DNA from: Mytilus edulis
Lineage: Eukaryota
NCBI RefSeq assembly: GCF_963676685.1
Contig: NC_092345.1
Location: forward strand, 85,188,001-85,252,000
DNA: 64,000 bases
Direction of reading: 5' to 3'
Shown: piece after piece, positions 24,401 to 36,400 of the stretch
Layout of the letters: each line of letters begins with the position of its first letter
Position numbering within the stretch: position 1 is the stretch's first letter
The notes under the pieces: generated by a model
What the model was told of the DNA's origin: nothing
Database searches by the model: none
Seen by the model: the letters and a program-made list of their open reading frames with translations, nothing else
Position numbers and translations under genes: made by a program

Positions 24401-27400
24401 AACTTTGAAAAATCCAATACCGTATCTTAAACGCCAGCTTTCTAGCCATCCATTTGAGGCTTTAAACTCAGGCAAATTTAGCTCCTTTGCGAACTCCAAA
24501 GCTTTTTCCTGTAAGATAGGTCCACTCAAAGGAATGTTCTTTTCACGAGCACCTTTAAACCAACGAAATAGAAGTTCATTCAAATCGAAAAATTTACTTG
24601 AACTGGCATGACGTTTCCTCTTACTTCCTATGTTTTCTTCGTATTGAGTACGATATGTATCTTTACGTTTAAGAATGTCACAAACAGTAGCTTTCCCGAT
24701 CCCATACTTTAAACTTAGATCCTTTTGTGAAATTTTTGGAACTGCCTCCGAATCTTTAATTAAATCCATTTTGTTTTCAATAGAAAGTTCCTTTCTTGCC
24801 CTTTTAGGCGATGGAGAAGGTTTATCATTTTGGTCGAATTTACGTTTCTTCTTAGGAGTTTCCATTTTAACACTGCATTCGTGAACATGTACAAGCTAAT
24901 TAGTTTATAAAAACAACTCACCATTAAATTAAAATTTAAATACCCTCAAGGGATCCTCTGCTAGCCTATGATTGTTAAATCACGCATGCATATTGTTGTA
25001 AATACTTACATTGTTTTGATTGCTATCGATCGATTTTGACAGGTAAATTTTTTATACACATTGACTAACGGGGCTTTAAATGTCGTTCGGAATTCGGTGT
25101 TAGCAGGATTCGGTTTTATCAGGTTAAATTAACGGTAATTAATAGAGAAATGTTACGGGACTTTAGAAATTGTTCGGTTTGATATGAAATTCGGTTTTAT
25201 CAGGGTTCGGTTTTACCAGGTTTCACTGTATAACATTGGATTTTTTGAGACTGTCCATATCAGGACCATTTATACAAACATGCATATAGGCTACAATTTT
25301 TTCTTTTATTTCAAAAGAAGGGCCATGGGACAGGTATACATATGATTTATGGTAAAAATGAAGAGTCTGCTTTTAATTAGTTGCTCTATCACTTGAAAAC
25401 AAGAAAATGAAAATCACTTAATGAAAATAATGTGTTGTCTGCTTGTACTAGACAAGACATTGCTCTCATTTTTTCATTTCATTGTAGGACGACGATCATG
25501 CACTTTATGAACATTACCAAGGCGGGTGTCTCAATTATTTGAATGCAAATGTCATAGAACAAATTTTTTTTCTCGCTTTGTTGTTGATTGAAAAAAATCT
25601 GAAATTCTTTTCATTTCTCTGACTCTGCTTCACTTTTTCTTTATTGACTGGTTACAAAATCTCGTTATTACTATAAATGCATACTTATCCTGGTTTCAGT
25701 ACAAAATCTTATAGTACTTTGCAGCGAACTCAACAACCAGCATCTATTTTGACGGAAATTCAATTTTATTAACCAATCAGAAATGCCGTAATATATATCT
25801 CTAGATTGTCTAGATAGTGATTGACGATCTAAAACTAAAAGTTCCATTTATATTTTTTTGACATCAGAAAAACAACGGATGGGGATTTGGTTACAAACGA
25901 CCATTTCAATCGACAATCGGTTCTTAATGAAAAGCTGTATCATAAAATAAGTCACAGGTCTTAAAGAAAGTACATGTATACATTTCATCATCATCATGCA
26001 CGGAAAATTACCTTTAACATCATTTGGCAAGAATTTTTACCTTTATTTGTCATGAAAGTACCCTCATTAAGACCATAGGCAGAGTCTATGACTGAAAAAA
26101 ATATGCAGGTAACAATTGTTGAAAATGTAAATGTTTTTACTAGGCCAGTCCACCTAATTTAAAGCAGCACCTGTGAAAGATGGTGAATTCTGTAAAAAGC
26201 TATTAATTAAAGCATTATTTTTTTGCAAGACTTAAAATTCACTTAAATGAGTTTTATTAGTTAGATGTAAGGGATTATGTCTCTCTTTGAGACTGATTGG
26301 TAAAAAATTATTGCTTACTTGACCCAACCTTTTTAATTTGTACATTGCATTAAAATAGGATGCATTTCTCTTATACATTAGTGTGTCTTTATAGTTATTT
26401 GATAACTATTTTTCTGTTACAGGTAGCTGATTTGAAAGAAAAATTAAAGGAGAAAGGTTTGACTGTATCTGGGACTAAACCAGAGTTATTGAAGAGATTA
26501 AAAGATGCCATGGAATTAGAAGGTATGTGTATGAGAGATGAAGAACATTGAACATTTTCAGGTAAAATGATAAAAACTGCATTTTGACACACAGTTTTTT
26601 GGTATATCTCAATATAAGTAAAGCAACTCTTACCAAACAACTTACATTAAAAAAAAAAAAGAATATCAAGCATGTTATCTTCCTGTTCAAGGGCACTACC
26701 TTATTTTGACAATTTTTTCCATACTGGCTGCTAAAAATTGTCATTTGACATTTCAATTTTATTGCCGTTTTAGCAAGAAAAAACATATTTTAATTTGTTT
26801 ATAGTTCTTGTAGCTAGTCTCCCTTTAAACAATGAGTTTGTGAATTTTATACAATAACTTAAACAGTTGTTTTACTAGCTAGTATATAGATATTATATGA
26901 ATTGAGCTGTTTAATTTTCAGTTCTTTAATAATTTAATTAGAAATTGTTTTGATATGTTTTACAGAAACAGAAGAGCTAGAAGAAACTGAAGAAGTGGTA
27001 AGAATTAAGACTACATAATACATGTATAGGATAGAATTAAGGCTGCAACATAATACATGTATAGGATAGAATTAAGGCTGCAACATAATACATGTATAGG
27101 ATAGAATTAAGGCTGCAACATAATACATGTATAGGATAGAATTAAGGCTGCAATATAATACATGTATAGGATAAAATTAAGGCTGCAACATAATACATGT
27201 ATAGGATAGAATTAAGGCTGCAACATTATACATTTTGTACATGTATAGGATAGAATTAAGGCTTACAATATGCAGTGGTCTCGCTTGCCCAAAATAGAAG
27301 GGCGCCACGCCCTGGGTGCCCTCAGCCGCGCCCTGGGTGCCTTCATCCGCGCCCTTCTGCCCTGACGTCTTTTTCCCAAATTATCTTGTGCCGTTTTGGT

Positions 27401-30400
27401 ATAAAAAAAAAATCATCGATTTCTGATCTCCAAGTTAATTACATATATGACACCTGTGTGATTGCCCCCAGGTTAATCATGTCATTACAATCAATTACAA
27501 TGATAAAGACTTCAAAGGTGTTAATAACTAGGTAATTTAATTAGGACAATGTATCTTTTTGTCATACTTTTGATGAATGTGTCAGCGAGTGTGTTTAGCT
27601 TGGGTCGCATTTTCGATCTCCAAGTCACAATGGAAGAGCGTATATAAATGAAGACTTTCATGACTTAAGAATTGAATTTAAGTCATCAAAATAGAACTAT
27701 GCCTTTACTAAAATGCCTTCTATCTCAACTTGTTAGCGACAAGCACAGTTTTTAATTAACCCAAACGTGGTGGAAATTGATTTTGGAGTTACTTCCCCTG
27801 TTTTAGCTTATTACAAATTTGTGCTCTAAAAATATTATCTAGTATCAAAAAAAGGAATAAATTACCAATTGAATATATAATAACATAAAAATGTTACCTT
27901 AAAGATATTAACTGTCTTTGAACATATTAAAAAATATATATTGCAATTTCTACTTGATAATTGAGGGCCCTCATGGGGTTTTTGATTATGTGATTACTTG
28001 GCCGTTTTTTTAATGATTATTTGATTATTAAGCCAAATATTTCATGATTATTTGATTACCTAGGACTGTATTTTTAGTTTATGATTATTTGATTACTAAA
28101 GATAAGCAAATATTTAATGATTATGTGATTATATTGGCAAAAAAATGGTGATTATGTGATTACTGGGACCCCCCCATGAGGGGCCTCATAATTATACTTT
28201 TAGCAATCCATGTTCTAAACATTTATTATTAAATTAGTAATGCTGTCAATTTCAGTTCATATGATGTATTAAAAGCTACAATTCCTATATAGATAAAAAA
28301 AAACAAAAAAACTCACATATTCTTTGATAATGGGTAGAGTGAAGTTAAACTGTAAAAACATAATATGTTGATGAAGATGTACTATATCATTCATAACTAC
28401 ACAAACAATAAAATAAAGACTATAGTTGAAAAGCATCTTTATTTTAACAAAAAACCATATGCAGTAAAAAAAAAAAAGAGATTTGTTAACTCGTGATACA
28501 CACAGAAACGTAGACAAAAAAATGAGCAGTGCCTTTTCTTATCATAAAAAGTGCCCTGCCCTCCACTGGCACCCTGCCCCTTTTGATTTCTAGCTAGAGC
28601 ACTGATATGATACATGTTAAGGATAGAATTAAGGCTTACAATATAATACATGTATAGGATAGAATCAAGGCTGCAATATAAGTCATATATAGGATAGAAT
28701 TAAGGCTACATTATAACACATGTTGGGGATAGAATTAAGACTAAAATATAATATATGTATAGGATAGAATTAAGGCTTACAATAAAACACACCTTTCTGA
28801 TAAAATCAAGGCTACAATATAATATATATGTATAGGATAGAATCAAGGCTACAACATAACACATGTACATTTATTTGACCATTTTAGAACATTTGATCAG
28901 ATCATGAGTGTGATTACCTTGTTTTGTTGTTACTTTTCATTAATATAAATATGTGGTATGAGTGCCAATGAGACAACTCTCCATCCAAATAACAATTTAT
29001 AAAAGTAAACCATTATAGGTCAAGGTACATTAATATGTAGGAATAATGGTCATACATATACTAGTACTCTGGTGACCTTTGAATTTGTTTGATCTGTGTA
29101 ATAACAAGGATAGACTTTGATGACTTGTAGGTCAAAGCACCAAAGTCCTTTTCTAAATCTAAAGAGCCTAAGCTTCTTGTATCAATCATTAACAAAAATA
29201 CTAATGAAATAACGATTTCTCTACATTACTGTTTACCTAGAAAATCAATTAAACTTTTTGCATTAATGATATTTAATTTCAGGTAGAACAGGTAGTTCTC
29301 CAAGAAGAAGAGGAAGAAGAGGAGGTAGATGATGATATGACCTTGACAGAGGACAAATTAGAGATAACTGAATCTAAAACAGTTCCAGAGAGGTAAGTTT
29401 CATGGTCCCTGACATCTTTTAACACATGATGTTGCTTTCAGTTGATGGAAAGACATTTTTTTAATGTGTAAAAATGCATCTTTTTTTGGCCTTTTATAGT
29501 TTTCTCTAGTGCATTTGTTTTTCTCATTGCTGAAGGCTATACACTACAGTCTCTGGTGGAGAGTCTCATTGGTAATCATACTGCATCTTTTTATGTGGAT
29601 ATGAATATACACCAGCTTGTGAAGCTTAGTTAAACTACCATTTATTTATGCTTAATAGATCAAAACAACAACACACTACAATATATCCAATTTTATGAAA
29701 TTTATATTATAGGTTTATATCAGTAATGTCGCTGATATTTTAAAAAATAGTGCCAACCTAAAAAAGAGTAATGCCCCTTGGATTTTTTTTTTTTAAATTG
29801 TATTGTAGTGTTACATTGTTGTTCTTTATTTGTCAATGAAATATTTATGCTTTATAATTCATAGCTCAAGTAAAGAATCCATAGAAAATGGTAAACCAAA
29901 GAAGATATCTTTATCAGGATTTTCAGATGCAGAGGTGATTATTATTATATATATATATAGAACTAAAGTATGAAAGTTAATTTTATTGGTCATGTAATTG
30001 AAAATGACAATTTTTATGTAAATTGTTTGGTGAAAACAAATATATGTAAATACATGATTGAGGAGTAATAAGAATTTAGAAAAAAAAATCCAATATTATG
30101 AAGAAATTATGTTTATATGTATGCTAGTGACTATTAGTTATTATGATCTGGCTATTTTAGAACAAAAACAGTAGTGATTGAAAACCATACAAAAAGACCT
30201 AATAAAATATAACTTAATGATATAGTGAACTTTTCATAATTGGTAAAATTTATATGATAAAAATAATTCCTATCATGCAAACATAGAGAAGTAACAGTTA
30301 AGTATGTAATCATTCTTCTATTATCCTTTATCAGTCTCATCAGAATCTCCATGTAAAACATTTTTTTGATAAGCAGGCAGTGTATATATATTGACGGGGA

Positions 30401-33400
30401 ACCTGTCCAATAGTTACTTTATAATTTTAGGCTACTTAACTTTGCCTAAACTGCTTGAAAACTTGTGAACCTTTCACAGAACCTTACATATATGTCAAAC
30501 TTTTACACCTCATATTTCATGTCTTCATCTGAATGATTTTAGGGTTTTAATTGGCATGACATAGACATGGACTTAGCTATAACTGCTCACTATGGCACAC
30601 ATTTGTTCTGCTGCTCCTTCTTAACCCCTGATCATGCTTCAATTAAACTTTCTCAGAATCTTTTTAATGGGATGACATTGTGCAACTACTTGTTTTCATT
30701 TATTGGTATAATAATTGTTAGGGTTTATGTTGTCCTTAGCAAATCATGGACTTTAGTTTTTTTTTAGAGAACTTATGTTCACTATATGAATAAAAAACTT
30801 AAGTGAGGAATTTAAGACATCATTTGATAGGGAAGACATCATTTGATAGGGAAGACATCAGTATTTGATAGGGAAGACATCATTTGATAGGGAAGACATC
30901 AGTATTTGATAATGAATATTGTTGATTAGCCAGACAGGTCAACTTGGAAATGTTATTACAAAATCATCAAAACATGTATTGGTGTAATTCTATATCTGTT
31001 GTGAATCCAGAGTTTAACAACAACAAACAAATTACCTAAAGGGAAGGGTATTCAATAAAAAAAATCAGAAAAAGTATATGAAAAAAACAATGTTCATGAA
31101 AAAATATGTACATTTTAGCTTATTTGAAAATAATTGATACTATTCCTAAGATAAGGGAATAACTTCTTTAAAAGTACAATGTAACACTTTCATCCATTTA
31201 AGGTGACTGGTACTCATACAAATATTTTATCTTTTAGAGGTTAAAAAGCAGAGCAGAAAAATTTGGTGCTGTAAGTGCTGAAGCAAAGAAACAACTTAGA
31301 GCAGAAAGGTAATGTTTTCTTGTAGGCTTCTTTCAAAGGGTAAATAATTGATTAAAAGGTTTTTTTCAGACTTCTATGTCTAATAGCATGTGTTTCAAAT
31401 ATTTTTCATAAGTTATATTTCCTTGCACACATGCAAACTTTCCCATGCATTACATGTTTTATTCAGTCACATTCTGAATGTTCTTGTCCCAAGACAGGAG
31501 CCTGTATTTTATCCTTATTATGTTGCTCTTTATCATATTTTTTCTAGTTTATTGTTTTGTACATATATATTAGGCATAAGTTTAATTGTTCATTTGAGGG
31601 ATTTGAATAGCTTGCTATGAAGTTTGAGTTTTGCATGTTGAAGGCCGTTCCATGTTCTGTAGTTGCTAGCTTCCAAGTTACAAAAAAAAAATGTATTATG
31701 TTTCTGGGAGAGAGTTGTCTAATTGGCAATAATACCATTTTATATTTAAAGTATACTTATTTACTTCTTAGTGGATGGACAAATTTTCATATAATGTTTT
31801 TAATTATTTTTATAGATTTGGGTTGTCAGAAAAAACTTCAAACATATCATCAGCGAAAATCACTGGAGATGTTTCAGTAAGTATATTGTTTAAGGAATAT
31901 AACCTGGAAGAAATGTGTTACATTGGTTGACATTATCTTAAAACAGGGGAGGGAAAAGATTAGCAGAGCCCAGTAGCCCAGGCTTCTAAATTTTCAGCTG
32001 AAAATATCATTAGTGCTTATCTTAATTTTTCATGTTCTCTTTGGTAAGATTAAAAATGGTAGTCTTGTTCCCTATTGTAGCAATGTGTCCCAAGTTTAGA
32101 CATTTCCAGCAATCACGGAATCACTTTCTTTGTCATATGTTACTTTAAACTGAGTGTCTTAATTAAAAGCTTTATTAAAGTTGAAAAACAATAAGTTTTG
32201 AGTTTTGGTCAACCTAAAAACACACCTTATATTCACAGTACATTATTCTGATAAAAATTATTTGCATAAATATTAATAATTATTGACAAAAAATATTAAA
32301 ATTGCTTCAGGAAAGGGTAGTCTATTCAACTTATTTAATTTAACCAAAAATGAAAAGAATATTTTATGAAATAAAAGTTTTTTTATCATTTAAATTCATT
32401 TCCAATTTGAGATATCTTTATACAGAAATTAGGAAAGAAAAGAATAAATTTCTATTATGTTTTACTTTCCAGGTGGATTCAGATAAATTAAAACAAAGAG
32501 CTGAAAGATTTGGCGTAGTTTCTCCTGTTTTATCAAAGGTAAAGTAGATTAAGATCTATAATTTATGATATGTTCACACTGATTTATATTACACAATGCA
32601 TGCCTACTTGTAAAATTGTAAAAGGCCTAGTTATATTATTTTTTCATACAGGATTTGAAAAAAAAGTGTCACTTTTAAAATCACATGACTTGTGTCACTA
32701 TAGCATTAATTGATATTTTCATGTTTAGTGATTATTGATATAATGGTGAATTACATTCAGTAGCTGGCCTCAATTTAAAATTTTAAACTAAAAGGGCTTT
32801 GTTAATAGTTGATATCTTATTTGCAGGTAGCTGATGTAGAGAAATTAAAACAGAGAGCTGAACGATTTGGTGGATCTGTAGCACCAGCCTTAAGTAAAGT
32901 AAATAACTAACAATTGTTTTTGACAATTTGTTTTTATGCATTTGTTGAAAGTTGCTTTCATGTGATATATTACTGTAGAATCATTTAATTTATTGGGTTT
33001 TCATTCTCTTGGATTTAAGTTTAAATAATTCTTATATGATTTGCATATCTATAAATACTTGAATTGGATTGGTCAATTAGAATTTTTCTCTAAGTTTACA
33101 CTTCGATAAACCATGTTTCCGAAACTACTTTTGTAATCTATTCATGCGCGATACACAAGCTTGCAGTGATCCCAGGATTTTCAGCAAATTGAGATTAAAA
33201 AAGAATTGCATAACAGTTGTGACTATTCTAGTGCATATATAACAAAAAAAAGAAATAAATTTATTTCACTAAAGCTTCGAAAATGTACAAAAATTAAATT
33301 TAATAAAATTCCGCGAAATTTCATGAAGGATTTGGCGAATTTACGTCATGGTAAAAGATGACGTCATACGAATGGAAATTTTCAAGGGAAAGATTATTTC

Positions 33401-36400
33401 GTTACGTGTAAGCTTCAAATTCGGATAAAATTTAATTGAAATGAAGTTTTTGAGGTAGGTGCTATTTCATTTAAGATTCCGTTGTATTTATCGGACATTT
33501 ATGGTTTTTAGAAAGTCAAGATGGCAGCGTACTCCTTAGTTACGACTTGCCATTGTGCTTTTGATGGTAAATATATATATTGGCCATCAACAAAAAAATG
33601 TTTGGCTGAAGAATTATAAGGATTAAACACATTTTTTCTAGAGGTTATTGATGTGTAAACCGGGGCTCTTACTCACAAACTAAACATAAAAGTCCTTCGG
33701 ACTTTTATTCAGTTTGTGAGTTAATCGCCCCGGTTTACATATCAATAACCTCTAGAAAACATGTGTTTAATCCTATAATATTTCATGAAAATTTGACTTT
33801 GTGGTTTCCATAAATTCTGTATGAGGATCGTTTTTATTTGAGCTTTAAGATTTGTGCTTCATCCATATGGATATCCTTATTAATTGGTTCATCAAGACTA
33901 ATTAATCCACATTACAATTGTACATTACTCTCTTATGCATAGTGAAATGATCATTTTTATGAAGTAAAGCAAATAAGAAATTTGTTGAAACTGTTACCAA
34001 TATTAATGATAAAGTCTGTCAAATATGTGTTGATCTTAACTTAAAATCTCAGATATATTAAACTTTACTGGTGAATTACACACATAAATCGAAGACTTAA
34101 AAAGATTTGATAAGAAACCCCATGCTCATGTTAAAAAAATAAAAGGGAAAATTTGAAAACAAGATTTAGTGGGATTGCTCTAAAGTACTGTAAATTTAGA
34201 AATTATTGTGAGGTTTTTATTAGTGCAATAAATGTGACAGAGTTGTAAGAGCAATAATTAAAACTCACATTCTAAAATATTTTATATGAATTAAACAGGA
34301 TTTTTCTCAAAATCATAAAAATTAAAATCGCATTTAAGTCTAAAATTACAAAATCGCAATAATAAATGCAAGAAATAATTTCTGAATTTACAATAGTATG
34401 ACTATGAAGATTTGTAAGTTTTAGAAAATATTGCCTTTTAAAGGGTTAAAAAAACATGTTTAATAAAAGCAATTAGAAATTGTCCTTAAAAGATAGCATG
34501 TTTTACATCACAAGGGAGACAACCAGACCAGTAATAAATACAGAAAAAAACATGTTAGAAATGTTGTTTATAAGTTTTTTAATAGCTATAGAATTTTTTT
34601 ATCCAGAGTGAAGATCAAGAGAAGATTTTAAAAAGAAAAGAAAGATTTGGTGCTATAAGTACTGCAGCTGTCAGTTCTGAAGTTGAGGTATTAAATCTAA
34701 TGAAAAACATTGTGGTTACCTGTTGTTTTAACTGTTGGGACATAAAACTCACCTTTTTTTCAAATTCTCTCTTCCTTTTAAACAATACTTATTATCAATT
34801 CTAATCAATATATCAATAGCATTATGTCGTAAATCAAGGCTAAGTATTTTTAGTTTAGAAATATAATTGTGTTCCTTACTTTGATGTCCATTTATAGGAA
34901 TATTGACCCAGTTTATAGTTTTATGAATTTAGACATGTATTAAAGGGAAAATTCGCGATTTTTTACTTATGGTTTAAATATGTTCATTATGACATAATAT
35001 ATATATTCACAAAGTTTTGTCGCTATATGTGCAGTAATAAAGGAGAAATTCAATAATTAATGAAAAAATATTAACAACTTCCTGTAGGTCGTGACGTTTT
35101 CTCCTGGTTTTTGCATGCCGGTATTTAAAATACAATCATTAAAAGTCTTGGTTTTTAATCATATTTTAACGTAATCGTAAGCGCGCCGATGACTTATGAT
35201 TTATCTAATAACCAGCCGATAATAAGAAGATAAAACGCACAGACGTGCAATTGTACACATTCATGAGATAAAATTTCTATGTTAAACATATATATATTCG
35301 AATTATTTTTTTAGACAACACAAAAAGTTATAAATTTATTTTTAATTAATGCATTTTCGGACTGATAAGGTGAACAAATTAAAGTACAATAATCTGTTAA
35401 GACAATATGTTGGTGTACTTTTGACCTTTTACTGTCTCTGCTATGACTAGGTTTATACGATAATTCACGGTTCTGTGGCAATACTCGTAGATGGCTTGTT
35501 GAAAGGTAAATTGCTATTTGCACGGTATTTAACCACGCCTCTAGGGCACACCTTGCCAGGTGTGACTGTCTATTCGGATCAGTGGATTATAAAACAAGGG
35601 AGCATTTAATACACACACTTAAAATACATATTCAAGTTGGTGACAAATGAAAATAGATCGCCGTGGAATTATTTAATTATATTTGGTGCTATTATTTATT
35701 TGAATTCAAATAAATTAATTTACTAAGAAATAAACAATTTTCGGTTAAAGACGGGAAACTTAATTCATGTGTCAGAATGAAATGATATACACCTCTTGTC
35801 CTTGATTTATGTCTCATAAAAAAGGGGAACTTAGAAATTAGAAAACTAGCTTTACCAAAGCATTTTGATTGTCTTTATTAGGCAAAAAAATGTACGAGAA
35901 CACTTACATTTAGACTTTTGAAACCCATGTATTAATTAATATATCTGAAACTACCGAAGCGGAATATAATATGTACGAATAAAGAACAAATACTTTTGTT
36001 TTTAAATCTTTGCACATTTATGATTTATTATTGTTATCTATTCTTCATTTAATTACTTAATTAGTACTAAAATATTTCTACCGCTTGGCATTAAATCTCT
36101 GTGTGGTAGGAAACGATTATTACATATAGATTATATTATTTGGATGAGGATTTGAGCTAGCCTATAAAAACACATTAATTAGTTAACATACATTCGAGAC
36201 CAAAGGATATTAACTTTGATAATTCAATTAACTTTTACTCACATATTTTTCTCTTATGATTTGTTACCTATTTGTTTTTCGTTCATTTTCTCTTAAATAA
36301 ATTAGGCTGTTTTTTTTTATTTTTTCGTTTGAATTGTTTTACATTATCAATTAGCTGACTTAGCGGTAGGGGCTTTGCTTGTATTGGATGGTCATACGGT

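Larger units (their letters stand above)
22669..25291 (-). pseudogene. C-terminal remnant of a hAT (ZNF862-like) transposase, split by the Tigger insertion
   Basis: Removing 22944-25228 and one TA joins AYMHVCINGPDMDSLKKSNVI-PKAVETWIGT*NRRKLAVKQNCRMKNEQ...DDDDNEDDDD in one frame. MxxxINGP...AVxxW...RR is the end of the hAT dimerisation region. One in-frame stop is present. Confidence 0.7.
27001..28870. repeat. 35-bp minisatellite (tgtataggatagaattaaggctgcaacataataca) split into two blocks by a transposon
   Basis: Units are visible at 27001-27272 and 28605-28870. Confidence 0.92.

Noticed and set aside
23448-24884. Plus-strand ORFs overlapping the transposase
   Set aside because: Antisense shadows of the Tigger ORF.
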